The translations under genes and the position numbers were made by a program. From Octopus vulgaris (taxonomy: Eukaryota), in contig OX597840.1 in assembly GCA_951406725.2 (NCBI GenBank), positions 38,812,001 through 38,876,000 of the forward strand: DNA of 64,000 bases, read 5' to 3'. How positions within the stretch are numbered: the first letter of the stretch is position 1; every line of letters starts with the position of its first letter. The notes beneath the pieces were generated by a model. That model had not been told where the DNA came from. It saw only the letters and a list, made by a program, of their open reading frames with translations, and did not search any database. Shown piece after piece: positions 14,270 through 28,567 of the stretch.

Positions 14270-14652
14270 GGAAGCACTCCGTCGGTTACGACGATGAGGG
14301 TTCCGGTTGATCCGAATCAACGGAACAGCCTGCTCGTGAAATTAACGTGTAAGTGGCTGAGCACTCCACAGACACGTGTACCCTTAACGTAGTTCTCGGT
14401 GATATTCAGCGTGACACAGAAGGTGACAAGGCCGGCCCTTTGAAATACAGGTACAGCAGAAACAGGAAGTAAGAGTGAGAGAAAGTTGTGGTGAAAGAGT
14501 ACAGCAGGGATCACCACCATCCCCTGCCGGAGCCTCGTGGAGCTTTAGGTGTTTTCGCTCAATAAACTCTCACAACGCCCGGTCTGGGAATCGAAACCGC
14601 GATCCTACGACCGCGAGTCCGCTGCCCTAACCACTGGGCCATTGCGCCTCCA
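14270..14652 (-). mobile_element. SINE family C, full length (tRNA-Arg-like head; possibly octopus OR1-type)
   Basis: Head GGAGGCGCAATGGCCCAGTGGTTAGGGCAGCGGACTCGCGG...GTTTCGATTCC with a TCG anticodon-like loop; flanked by ATTCGATATT at 14260-14269 and 14656-14665. Confidence 0.9.
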
Positions 14653-15832
14653 TTCATTCGATATTATATCCACGGCGGACTAAGCCGGAAATATCAGTAC
14701 TGAAATACAGCTTATATAAAACACACTTTTGAATCTGTGGCATGCTATTGGCATTAAATAACAATATGAAAAATAAGGGGTTGGGTCACATTGGAAAATC
14801 TTCTCCTGGATTAACTATCAGTGAAACAAAAGTAGAATTATTTTATGATAGGAACACCTGTGATCACAAGTCTTCTGGATCAGGTCTGTGAGAGAATCAG
14901 CTGAAGAAATCCAAAAACGCAAACATCTCCTTTACTACTACCAACGCCAACATCACCAGCAATAAGAACATATAACAACAACAACAGCCAAGTAACAACA
15001 TCAAGTGAGAGATAAGCCTCTACCAATATGGCGTCCTAATCTGTCATTATCTGTTCATCCGTATCAACCCTATTAACTTAACTTCACGCTGCTAATTCCT
15101 GGTGCTGGAAGTTGTTTATTTCACAATATTCCATTTCGCTTACCTGTCAATATTTGTTATCCATCCCTAGTAAACTCATTAAAAATGAAAATCAAAACAA
15201 TATATATATATATATATAAGGAAATAAATATATAAAAAAAGACTGTTTGGAAATTGTTTCAATGTTCAATCATATATGAAATACAGAAATGGAATTTGAT
15301 TTTCTTGTTACACGGGCGTCTATTTTCAGATACTTTGGGGACCCACGTAAAGTTTAGCAGAGCAAATAGATTAATACATTGAAACGGGGCAAACTAACAT
15401 ACAAGAATACAATATTAAAAAAATAATAATCGAAAAATAATAATAATAATAATAACAAGGGAAATATGGAGAAATTAATAGGAAAATATCACATGGCGAA
15501 ATATCAACAGAAGCTACTCTAACGTCAAAAAGAATACAGGTATATTGATTAGAGACACACAAAATAACGTGGCTGAAACATCTGGGATGAACGGAACACT
15601 GATGGGTCCAGAGATTTTTCGATCGTATCGCAACGATTTCAATGAAGGATTTCTGTCGAGATAAATCACTTGTATTTATTTGCCGAGTACTAATACACGT
15701 TGCCTTCTACATAAGTAATATATTAGTTTGGTCTCCAGATATCCATATCTTAGAAAAGACAAACCGACACTTTTGTTTCTTTTTTAATGCAAGTATAGGA
15801 TTTACTCGTTTCTGAGTTTATTTCACTATCAA

Positions 15833-15891
<59 letters not shown>

Positions 15892-17353
15892 ATTTGTATA
15901 TGTATGTGCCCTGCCACTGCTTGGCAACCAGTGTTGTTTTGCTTATTTTCCCATAACCGAGCTGTTCGGTAATCGATTCTTATAGCTTGCCAGATTTCAA
16001 AACAAGTGCCTGATTGGATCTGTTCGACAGTGTCACTCAAGGCGGCACACCTGTGTGTCTACAGCCCAATGACTGTCACACGCATACGATAACAAATTTC
16101 ATTTATTCTGATATTTTTATGTGAATAAACTTTCTCTTAAAGAGAAGTTTTCTTTTATTCATGTCATGTAAGAATGAAAATTGTCGAGTCTTTTCTGCCA
16201 AAGATAACCAATGATTCTTCGAATCTTGGAAAACCAAATACGGATTCCTCACAAATTACGTTTGAGAACCACTGCTCAAGAAAATAGCTGTTGAAACGGA
16301 TGTAATCATTGAGCAAGTCTGTTTCAATAGTATTTGCCTCCGATATGCTTAAATATATAAGGCATATGAAGATATGTTGTAATAGATATTTTGATCTCCC
16401 ATTACGCCGATACGGAATCCAAGGACAGCAAAACGGATTTACAATTTGAAATACCATTATATTTTTGTGGGATTTCACATTATCATTTATTCCACTAATG
16501 GAATTGGAATCGGTAAACATGGTGAAGGGATATAGGGAATCAGATCAGTTTGTTTCTTAGAGTTGATAATCCTTCCTAATATTGCAAAATATCTTGAGCG
16601 CATTGGCATGCATTAGGGTATTAAAGATATCAACTAAATATAACCACTGCTAAGGTGTTGTTTCTTAATATACCATAACGCAAATAAGACATTCGATTAT
16701 AATTCCCGATAAATATAGTAGAAGACACCGTGTCCCACATAAGTAGTACACATTAGAAAATGCTATTCGTTATCCTTCCTCTGCACGTCTGTGAATCATC
16801 GATATATACAACAGGGAATCGATAAAAAGATAACCTTAATCGAATGATACAAAAATGGTCTTGATATCCTGTTAAAATTCTCTTCGAGGTGAACGCCTGG
16901 CGCGATGTGTACAATGTGAAGTCGTGTAAGAACTTGGCATTGGTTATAAACAAGAACTTTGTGAGGGAGCGAGGTTATATTAAAATGCAATACATCATCT
17001 GCTCCAAGGGAACCTTTTACTGTATCCAGTTTATAGAAATATCGTGAAATATGCTTCCAGTTTATGGATAGATAATCCGATACGACGATGCTCTTCGTTT
17101 TATAACGTCAGCTTAATAAGCCGTGGAGTCATAATTTATCTCCCCCTGACACAGGTACGACGAGCAATACAAATGCCATGGCATTTGCTATTCATGCGAT
17201 ATTTCGGATATAAAAATGTTATGAGATGCGAATCAGTTTACAGAATTATTAAGCTGCAATGAATTGTAACTGCTGGACGTAGCAACTAGATATCACTCAC
17301 GATATACCCTGCGCATTTAAATAAAACACGAATGTAAAAATAAAATCACAATA

Positions 17354-17760
17354 GGCGCAGGAGTGGCTGTGTGGTAAGTAGCTTGCTAACCAACCACGTG
17401 GTTCCGGGTTCAGTCCCATTGCGCGGAAACTTGGGCAAGTGTCTTCTACTATAGCCTCGGGCCGACCAAAGCCTTGTGAGTGGATTTGGTAGATGGAAAC
17501 TGAAAGAAGCCCGTCGTATATATGTATATATATATATTCGTGTGTGTGTCTGTTTTTGTACCCCTAGCATTGCTTGACAACCGATGCTGGTGAGTTTATG
17601 TCCCCGTTACTTAGCGGTTCGGCAAAAGAGACCGATAGAATAAGTAATGGGCTTACAAAAGAATAAGTCCCGGGGTCGAGTTGATCGATTAAAGGCGGTG
17701 CTCAAGCATGGCCGCAGTCAAATGACTGAAACAAGTAAAAGAGTAAAAGAGTAAAGAGAG
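17354..17760 (+). mobile_element. SINE family B, full length
   Basis: Near-identical to 11579-11999. Confidence 0.93.
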
Positions 17761-17837
17761 TAATACCCCTGTTTGTTGTTTACACACCTTTCTTCGTTTT
17801 TTTTCTTTTGTAAATATATGCACACACATACACACAC

Positions 17838-17892
<55 letters not shown>

Positions 17893-17896
17893 TATA

Positions 17897-18282
17897 CCTT
17901 TCTAGACTTGGCACAAGGACCGAAATGTTGGCGGAGGGGCCCGGTTGATCAGATTGACCCCAGTACGCAGCTGGTATTTAATTTATCGACCCCGAAAGGA
18001 TAAAAGGCAAAGTCGACCTCAGCGACATTCGAACTCATAACGTAAAATCAGACGAAATACCTATTTCTTTACTACCCACAAGATGCTAAACACAGAGGCG
18101 ACAAACAAGGACACACAAACCGAGTAAGTCGATTATATCGACCCCAGTGCGTAACTGGTACTTAATTTATCGAGCCAAAAAGGATGAAAGGCAAAGTCGA
18201 CCTCGGCGGAATTTATACTCAGAACGTGACGGCAGACGTAATACCGCTAAGCATTTCGCCCGGCATGCAAACGTTTCTGCAA
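17897..18282 (-). mobile_element. SINE family A dimer (head-core-tail1 / core-tail2)
   Basis: Two core copies joined at GACGAAATAC|CTATTTCTTT (~18060). Confidence 0.85.
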
Positions 18283-19152
18283 TTCTGTGTCGCGCAGAAT
18301 CTCTCTGACAATTACGCTAAGAAATCTATGTAGCGCTCACGACTTCTACGAGGAGGTTGTTCCGTTGATCGGATAAACCAGAACCTTCGACGTCGAGAAC
18401 CAATGGAGCACCAGTTTCAGAAGCTGACTCTTAATATTCAAATCTAAGACGCACATATTAAACATATATCCATTTTTATAAACTTAATGATATGATAACG
18501 TTCAGTTCGTTGGAAATATAACATATATACATATTTTATTTATTTATATTTTATTATTATTATTATTATCATTTTTTTTTTGAAGAGCAATCCAATTTCT
18601 CGCCCCGTCTAATTCCGAAATGCTCTTCGCAAACCTCTTTAACTTATTAGATGAACTTTGTCTCATTTTACCAATCCATCGATAGCATATTTATAATGAC
18701 ACTATAATTTTTAAATTTTTCTGCGCAGAAGAAACAAGAAAAACCATATTAATAAACAAATAAGTAAATAAAGTAATAATAAATAAATGTATAACCAACA
18801 AAAAGAAAAGTAATAAAATTTCGAAAAAATCAACAAAAATTTTGATAAAACTGTTGTTTGTGTTGTTGTTGGTGTTAGATGCAATAATGGCGATGATGGT
18901 GATTATGATTTTGGTGATGTGGAGGAGGAGGAGTAGGATGAAGATATGAGGAATGTCTGACCCCGGTGACATACAGCTTAATGAGATGTATGCTGTACCT
19001 GATGGAGAATTAGAAATTAGTCAATGAGTAATGGGTGGACATCCGTGTATCGAGTGTACGCCCGAGTGTGGGTACGTGTGTGTTTCTATACTTATACACA
19101 CAACCATGTGTCTATAAATGTGCATGCGTGTATATATGTATGTTTATACATT

Positions 19153-19211
<59 letters not shown>

Positions 19212-19230
19212 CTATCTATCTATCTATCTA

Positions 19231-19272
<42 letters not shown>

Positions 19273-19344
19273 GAGATGGATTGTTGCCAAATTAATGTAC
19301 GAGTCCCAGTAAAGAGAAGAATGTTGCTGCAATTTAGCCCCAGG

Positions 19345-19500
19345 GGTTTCATTCAGTTTCCATCTTCCAAATCCACTCACAAGGCTTTCGACTGGTGAGG
19401 CTGTAGTAGAAGACACATGCACAAGGTGACACCCAGTGGACTGAACCCGAAACTGTGTTATTTGCAAGCTAGCTACTTACCACACAGCCACTCTTATGCC
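19345..19500 (-). mobile_element. SINE family B, diverged 5' half
   Basis: CAAATCCACTCACAAGGCTTT...CTACTTACCACACAGCCACT. Confidence 0.8.
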
Positions 19501-19539
<39 letters not shown>

Positions 19540-19693
19540 AGGTACATATGTATGTATGTGTGTATGCATGTATATGTACATATACGTGTGGGCTTGCCTT
19601 CTTCTGCGTGCATCTGATTGTAAATGTATACGTAATAGTGGAAAATTTATATATGCACACATACACAGACACACACATACATATATATATATC

Positions 19694-19750
<57 letters not shown>

Positions 19751-19803
19751 TCGGGGTGAGTACTTGATAATTATAAGCACCTGTATATACCGTTTGGTGG
19801 TGT

Positions 19804-19853
<50 letters not shown>

Positions 19854-20109
19854 TAGATATACATATGTATACATGCGCATATACATACATATGAATATGT
19901 AAACTCGAAATGAGTAAAGTATATACAAACTGAATGTGGCAAAACTAATTTTGAAATTGATGCATTCATTAACTAAACGTAATTCCAATACCTTGCGTAT
20001 TCACACAATTTTAACTGTTAATACCATATTTGAATATATTTTTCTTTTATTTACGATATTACTTTGTATACGTATTTGTTGGATTTTTTAAAATTTTCTT
20101 TTATTTTTA

Positions 20110-20242
<133 letters not shown>

Positions 20243-20446
20243 TTCTTTTCGGTTCCTGGTTGATTTAGTGCTGAATTCTGTTTATATTAGCTTCCTAATT
20301 TGACTATTTTTCTGGTGATCTATTGCAGTTATACAGCATGAATATGGAAGACTAATACTCTTTCTCTCTCTCTATCCTCCACCATATATATATATATATA
20401 TATACGTATAAGTATTCCATATCTATACGTATGTGCGTGTACTTGT

Positions 20447-20537
<91 letters not shown>

Positions 20538-20563
20538 CATTGAAATACTTAGAAGAGGATGTA

Positions 20564-20982
20564 TACTCTTTTACCCTTTTACTCTTTTACTTGTTTCAGT
20601 CATTTGACTGTGGCCATGCTGGAGCACCGCCTTTAGTCGAGCAAATCGACCCCGGGACTTATTCTTTGTAAGCCCAGTACTTATTCTGTCGGTCTCTTAT
20701 GCCGAACCGCTAAGTGACGGGGACGTAAACACACACCAACATCGGTTGTCAAGCAATGCTAGGGGGACAAACACAGACACACATACACACACGTACATAT
20801 ATATATATATACATATATACGACAGACTTCTTTCAGTTTCCGTCTACCAAATCCACTCACAAGGCATTGGTCGGCCCGGGGCTATAGCAGAAGACACTTG
20901 CCCAAGATGCCACGCAGTGGGATCGAACTCAGAACCATGTGGTTGGTTAGCAAGCTACTTACCACACAGCCACTCCTATGCC
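20564..20982 (-). mobile_element. SINE family B, full length
   Basis: Reverse complement of the family B consensus. Confidence 0.93.
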
Positions 20983-21202
20983 GTTCAATCATATAAAACG
21001 ATTCTCGTATTTCGAGCAAACTGCCAACAACTATGGAAGGGTCGTTCCTTATGCTGTTTGTTTTGCGTGTCATTCGTTATTCGAAAGAATAACTCATGTT
21101 CCACGTACCCGTGCTTCGTACGTTTTCCTTGTACAAGTTTCATGACGTCCTGTGCCCCCATATGCACGTATTTATGTATGTAAATATACATATGTATATA
21201 TG

Positions 21203-21252
<50 letters not shown>

Positions 21253-21291
21253 CTTATATTATATACATATGTATATCTATCTGTCTATCTA

Positions 21292-21327
<36 letters not shown>

Positions 21328-21328
<1 letters not shown>

Positions 21329-21691
21329 TTTATTTTAAGCAGCAGAAAATTCAACAAAATCTGTTACTCTGAGTTTCTCGTTGCCGTTCATCAGACAGTT
21401 TTTGCTAGAATGGAACTGATATATCAATTCAATCTATACTCTTACAAACGCTACACCTTTAAAAAGAAATGGACTTGTTTGATTGGCCCTTTAGAAAAAA
21501 CGGTCAATCTTCGAGCGATAAACAAAAAGGTCAAAAATATATGTATATATATATAAAAAAACTTATAAAAACTTATAAAAATTATAAAAATTATAAAATC
21601 CGAGGAAAAAACCTATTGACGTTAATGAAGACAGTGCAAATTAATGCATAGAAATTAAACCTGTTATAAATACTGCAATACTGTTTACTCC

Positions 21692-21693
<2 letters not shown>
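21328..21693 (-). mobile_element. Hammerhead-bearing non-coding insertion in (TA)n (solo pLTR-like Penelope-type element)
   Basis: 366 bp of unique sequence between TA runs; hammerhead ~33 nt from the 3' end followed by AATAAA; absent from the adjacent duplicated site. Confidence 0.7.
21361..21398 (-). ncRNA. Minimal type I hammerhead ribozyme motif
   Basis: Minus strand CTGT-CTGATGA-ACGGCAACGA-GAAA-CTCAGAG-TA^ACAG: stem I CTGT/ACAG, canonical core, near-palindromic stem III, GUA site. Confidence 0.75.
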
Positions 21694-21741
<48 letters not shown>

Positions 21742-22082
21742 TATCTATATATTTATTTATAGATATATGACCACGTATATATGTATGCACATATACATAT
21801 GTATATATGCATATATATATATATTGTTTATATTATATACATATGTATATCTATCTGTCTATCTACTCATATATATATATATATATATATATAAATATAT
21901 GCATATCTATATTTATTTATAGATATATGTCCACGTATATATGTATATGCGTGTGTGTGTATGTATCTATGCTTATATATACATATGTGTGTGTTTGCGT
22001 GTGTGTTTGTTGGAGTGTGTTTATGAGTGTGTATGTATATGCATATATATATGTATATATATGTATATATGTATATTTATAT

Positions 22083-22118
<36 letters not shown>

Positions 22119-22671
22119 TTCTATATACATATATATATATGTATACATTATACATGAATACGTATATTCTTATAAGTTATAAAATACGTGTATATAACTG
22201 AAAAAAGTCCCATAATTCTATAAGAAGTGAGAGGAAAACACGAGTAGGAACCCGTTTGGAAAATAAGTCTAATATATTTGATGAGTTGTTCATCAGCAAA
22301 TGTCAAATGGCAAATAGCTTTGAAATATTGGTTTGTTACACTTGTCTGATTTGAGATAATCATTAATATATATTGTATTTCCTTGTCAGAAAACTTGTCT
22401 TCGGACAAAAAAGGTACAAAGAACTACACAGAATGAATTAAACAATGCCGAATGATCTACAGTACTGCAGAGAAGGGAAATATATACAAAAAGAAGTTAA
22501 AGATAATAAGAATAATAAATGGCCGGACAAACAAGCCGAGATTGGGAAGAGCCATGAGTCATGGCGGCGTGGCTTCTTCGCGTCTTCCAAGACAGGAGTT
22601 ATAACATCAACACCTACTGTCTTCACTGGGTATTTATGTTTGTGTGAATATAAATATATATTAATATGTAC

Positions 22672-22810
<139 letters not shown>

Positions 22811-22915
22811 TACTTATATTTATATAGATGCATGTATGTGTATATATATCTATATATGTGTGTGGATATATATATGTATATGTATATATATATACTCAGA
22901 CACACACACATGTGT

Positions 22916-22955
<40 letters not shown>

Positions 22956-23332
22956 GGGTGTATGTGTGTGTATGTGTATGCATACACGAACACATAGAGA
23001 CACACATAATTCTTATTAGGACCAAAAAAGCCAAAAGCCAAAATTTTTCCACAACGTCATCATGAAATATCAAGAAGGATAATTTGGTTGAACAGCATTT
23101 TGGAAATTGCTTTCATCTGTTGCATTCATGAGGAATTTACATAGATGGCATGATATGTCCTTTTCCGGTTCCTTGGGAATTGCTATGGATGATCAAAAGA
23201 TGTAAAAACCTTTTTCACACCAATCGGTTAAATTGATTGACATCCCATTGATGAAAATTCGTGATCTCCTCTCATTGTTGTTGGGATATTAGTGATAGAG
23301 GCTGCTGAATGTTGGTTTCTATGTAGGAACAA

Positions 23333-23389
<57 letters not shown>

Positions 23390-23479
23390 TATACATAGCC
23401 TTGTGTTCAAAAAGAAACTGTTGTCAGACGTATATATGCGCATGTACACACATGACGTAACACTTTCTATGTACGTGCA

Positions 23480-23492
23480 TCTATCTATATAC

Positions 23493-23576
<84 letters not shown>

Positions 23577-23599
23577 ATATCTATCTATCTATCTATCTA

Positions 23600-23602
<3 letters not shown>
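23480..23602. repeat. (TCTA)n microsatellite
   Basis: Tandem tetramers. Confidence 0.95.
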
Positions 23603-23649
<47 letters not shown>

Positions 23650-23762
23650 AAGAGAAAGAGTGAGATGAATAGATGAATAGATGGATGTAGACATCTATAT
23701 AAATTTATATAAAATATATATATATATATATATACACTCATACATACTTATATACATATATA

Positions 23763-23804
<42 letters not shown>

Positions 23805-23824
23805 TATATAGATTCATACATACA

Positions 23825-23899
<75 letters not shown>

Positions 23900-23910
23900 G
23901 TACATACAGT

Positions 23911-24153
23911 GTAGGTGCAATGGCCCAGTGATTAGGGCAGTGGACCCGCTGTCATAGGATATCGGTTTCGATTCCCAGACCGGGCGTTATTAGTGTTTAT
24001 TGAGCGAAAATACATAAAGCACCGCGAAGCTCCGGCAGGGGTTGGTGACGATCTCTCCTGTGGTATTTCACCACAAATTTCTCTCTCTCTCTCTTTCTTC
24101 CTGTTTCTGCCGTACCTGTATTTGAAAGGGTCAGCCTTGTCACAATCTGTGAC
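23911..24153 (+). mobile_element. SINE family C, 5' two-thirds
   Basis: GGTGCAATGGCCCAGTG...TTTCGATTCCCAGACCGGGCGTT...GTACCTGTATTT. Confidence 0.85.
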
Positions 24154-24154
24154 A

Positions 24155-24322
24155 TGGCTGGCCCTTTCTAATACAGGTACTACTCATTTCTGCCAGCTGA
24201 GCGGACTGGGGCAAGGTAAAATATGATGTCTTGCTCAAGGACACAATGCGTTGCCTGGAATTGAACTCACGACTTTACGATTATGAGCCTATTGCTCAAA
24301 CCACTAAGCCACGCGCCTTCAC
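24155..24322 (-). mobile_element. SINE family D (tRNA head plus CORE-like block), 5' part
   Basis: Minus strand TGAAGGCGCGTGGCTTAGTGGTT...GTGAGTTCAATTCC...TGTGTCCTTGAGCAAGACA. Confidence 0.75.
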
Positions 24323-24387
24323 TATAGATAGATAGAGAAGCTTATATGCATGTATGTATGTATATGTATATAAATATATGTATATAA

Positions 24388-24427
<40 letters not shown>

Positions 24428-24428
<1 letters not shown>

Positions 24429-24776
24429 CTTAGGTAAACTTAGATAAACTTAGATGTGCTTCGACCAATGATTGTTCCAGGCCATGTCTAACTTAATAAC
24501 ACCACCTGATAGGATTATTCGAATCCTCTGTTTAAGTCAAGTTTTGCTTATGGTCCATTCAAGTAGTGAGTTTTTGTTGGGTGAGTTGTATCCAATTATG
24601 GGTGGCTTATCTGGTATTCTTTGAAGGAATCTATCCAGACTCCGTTTAAAGTTAATGGGATCCTGTTCCTCTTTGATCTCTTTCGGAACAATGTTAAATA
24701 GGGCAGGGCCTGTTGGGGAAAAGAAATTATGTTGCAGTGTACATGTATGCTGTGATCTTGAATTGGGCAGGGGACG
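24428..24776 (-). mobile_element. 3' end of CR1-group LINE
   Basis: ORF C-terminus [33 protein letters not shown]; short 3' UTR ending in TAAGTTTAYC tandem repeats. Confidence 0.75.
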
Positions 24777-24866
<90 letters not shown>

Positions 24867-25447
24867 CATATATACATATATATATATATATGCATGCATT
24901 TACATATATATATATGTATATATATATGTGTGTGTGTGTGTGTGCGTGTATACACACATCCTATTTATAGACATACCATTACACAACCCATGTCCTCCTC
25001 CGCCACACACGTAAGTAACAATAGATACGAGACAACGAATAGAAATATATTGGCGAGAGAGCTGCAGTGTCATTTCTTTTCAGTTAATGATAGAAGACCA
25101 ATGGTCATCAGAGATACGAGTTACGCTCTGGCGAGTTTAATGCCTTTTAGGATTTGCCGTATACAAAAGTTTTCTTTGGCTGCTCTTTTTGCTTTTATTT
25201 TTCTTGTTTTATTGCAAAGATTTTCAGCACGTGACACGAGAATATTGGGACATCATAAAATAGATATCTGATGCAATAACAATGTACAGATATTTGGATA
25301 TGTGCGTGTGTGAAGAAATCTAATGTATTTTTATACATCATTGTTTTCTATGTAGATAAAAGTCTTCAAAATTTAGCTGCAACAGTCAGTTTATACACAA
25401 TATTTATATACATAACGGTGATATATAAACATATCTATGTCCATATA

Positions 25448-25850
25448 TACTCTTTCACTTTTTACTCTTTTTACTTATTTCAGACATTTGACTGCGGCCA
25501 TGCTGGAGCACCGCCTTTAATCGAGCAACTCGACCCCGGGACTTATTCTTTTGTAAGCCCAGTACTTATTCTATCGGTCCCTTTTGCCGAACCACCAAGT
25601 AACGGGGACATAAACACACAAGCATCGGTTGTCAAGCAATGCTAGGGGGACAAACACAGACACACATACATATATATATATATATATACATATATACGAC
25701 GGGCTTCTTTCAGTTTCCATCTACCAAATCCACTCACAAGGCTTTGGTCGGCCCGAAGCTATAGTAGAAGACACTTGCCCAAGGTGCCACGCAGTGGGAC
25801 TGAACCCGGAACCATGTGGTTGGTAAACAAGCTACTTACCACACAACCAC
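25448..25850 (-). mobile_element. SINE family B
   Basis: Matches family B. Confidence 0.93.
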
Positions 25851-25897
25851 GGTTATATATGAGCATAGCCATTTATGAACACTTCTATTTATATGTC

Positions 25898-26285
25898 TAA
25901 AATATATACATAGAATATTTGATATATACATATATACACAAGGGCACTACATGAGTACCTATATCGCTAATGATAGAAGTAAAAAAATACTTCTGTACCA
26001 CCGAATAGTCTCAAATATGCTACAGATATGATAGGAAAAAATTCAGTGAACAATAATAACATCTTACCTCTACTGGGTCTGAAGAAGCTGGCCAACGTGG
26101 TACCGGTTTCGAAATTTAGTGCCAAATTATTTTTGATTTCTATTTTTTAGCGATTTAGGTGCTGATGTAGTGCCCTTGTGTATATATGTACACATCTAGA
26201 ATTGTATGTATATATTTTATATATATAATTCGCTTGCCACTCGTGATGGTATTTTAATAATACCATCCCTATATTTATTTATATA
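25898..26285 (+). mobile_element. Fold-back element with degenerate hammerhead-like core
   Basis: Inverted arms 25927-25970 / 26147-26190; CTGAAGA (26079)-AGCTGG..CCGGTT-GAAA (26111). Confidence 0.5.
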
Positions 26286-26324
26286 TAGATATATTTTATA
26301 TAACTATATATATATATAAGCATA

Positions 26325-26452
26325 TACTCTTTACTCTTTTTTTACTCTTTTTACTTGTTTCAGTCATTTGACTGCGGCCATGCTGGAGCACCGCCTTTAG
26401 TCGAGCAAACTGACCCCGGGACTCATTCTTTGTAAGCCCAGTACTTATTCTA
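26325..26452 (-). mobile_element. SINE family B, 3' fragment
   Basis: Tail and 3' body only. Confidence 0.85.
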
Positions 26453-26524
26453 TACATATATGCCATTGTGACCAGCGATGTGTAGCAACATCTAATAGCC
26501 TGGTCGGTCACGGCGATCACGGTG

Positions 26525-26580
<56 letters not shown>

Positions 26581-28567
26581 CTATATATATACATATACAC
26601 AGACACACACATATTATTGTGTGTACGTGTGTTTTTGTGTGTGTATTTCACTGATGATATGCGGACATTCATCGTATGGGAGACACTTTGTTGTGCTCAA
26701 AATATTCAAACTTCAAGATTCCGATGATTTTACAGGGAATCATACCCCAAGCTAAAGAAAGGCCATGAGAGAGAGACCCAGTTGAGGTTTTATAGAGGCA
26801 ATTGAGAAGATAAAACAAATTAGACACCTGAAATATATTAAATATATTAAACATCAAACGCAAAGTATTTACATATGTATATATTCAAAATGAGGGGAAT
26901 CAAACGCTGAAATCTTCCAGATGATGAATTTTTATGTATAAATATATAAATATTAATATTAATGGTTCCAACTAACATATAACAAACGGCAGAGAAAATT
27001 AAATTGTTGAAAGGAAGGTGTTTTAAACCCAACCGCTGTTTCTCGAGGCTCGACGATGCATAATTATTTTGGTAGATTTATTACATCACAATATACTGTC
27101 GACAGTCTTAAGACGAAGCAACATAACATGTATATATGTAGATGTATACGTATCAAGAGAAATAAAGGACTAGTTTGTCAAAGAAAATATGGATGTGTAT
27201 ATAGGTTTATAACCTATTATTACTTGAAAATATTCAACTTCCGAAAGTAATAGGTAGTTGCTATTTGTTTGTCACCCCTGCGTAAATACTATATGTATTA
27301 GTTTGCATGTGTGTAGTTAGTAAGTTAGTCAGTTAGTTATCTAGTAACTTTGTTAATTAGTTAGTTAATTAGTTCGATTGTTCGTTCGTTTTTTTCTCTT
27401 TGTAACTTGATCCACATAAAGCCTCAACAAGATCTTCCGACCTATCTAAGTTTTCTGCTCACTGTTCTAGTCTCATTCTAAACTCTCCAGGTTCTGCGCC
27501 CCCTTTTGGTTTGAATACCGAATATTTGGTTATGTGTATATTGTTTGATTTCTGATTTGGTTAAAAAAAAATGTAAACGAAATCTGTCAGTGGTCCTTCG
27601 TCACGTGCTTTCCTAGCGCCCTGATTCTCATTTCACCTCAGACTGTCACTTTAGTGTCACCCTACAATCGATGTCTCGTTCGTGTCGGGGGACGTGTCCG
27701 AAACAGTTCCAGAGTCTGCCTCATATCTCATCCCCGATCCTGTTTAATGCCCGTTGTAAATAAACAAATTGAACCGTAACTTTTGCCTGTTATTTTATTT
27801 TATCGATTACCGAGATATAGATTCGTCCGGGAAGCTATAAGAACTATCATACAGAAATGCATTTTACCGAGTGCCGTACCACTGTGCCAAACTACAGCCG
27901 TTTGAAGTAAATATTAAAATATAACCTCCCATTCATTCCTATCTACAGACGAATATTTCAAAAGGTCAATCACTGAGCATTCTCACATATTTGAATATTT
28001 GATTAAATCAGCGAGAGAGAAAGCGTGTTTCCTTGGAAACACGCTTAATCAAATGCTTCAAAAGGTCAGAACCCTTTTGATTTCCTCACGTTTCATTAAA
28101 TGTATCCATAAGATTGGACGCAGCATTTACATATCACAGCTTTTCACAGCAAAGAACGCTTTCCCAGAAATATGTCTCACTTGCATTCCGTATTTATGCA
28201 TAACTTTCCATTGACTCACACATACGCAAACGCTCACAAACTTACGGATAGACACCCACCACATATAACTGAAATTCAGGCAACACAGTTTCAAATCAGC
28301 ATGAATTAAAACATAATACATAAGACATTTTACAGACGAGAAAGTAGATTTCGAACGCAGTATAGTTTGACAATAACAGACAGATTGGGTAATTTATAAT
28401 TCGGTAAAAATAGGAAGTTACCCGGAGACGAATACGGGAGCCGATCCTGTACCCTTCAGGTACTGGCGTAGTAATTTACCATTAAGTTGAACAATTCCCA
28501 TCAATCTTTAATGCTAAATAATAATAGATTTCTGGAACGCCACATTTCTTTATAAACAATATTAAGA

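Noticed and set aside
14560-14652. tRNA-Arg gene
   Set aside because: It is the head of a SINE continuing into a 300-bp body; no complete cloverleaf acceptor stem.
16164-16520. 118-aa non-repetitive ORF
   Set aside because: No recognisable motif; possibly an ancient transposon remnant but not assignable.
27572-27853. Possible solo LTR (TG...CA with AATAAA)
   Set aside because: No convincing TSD or second copy in the window.
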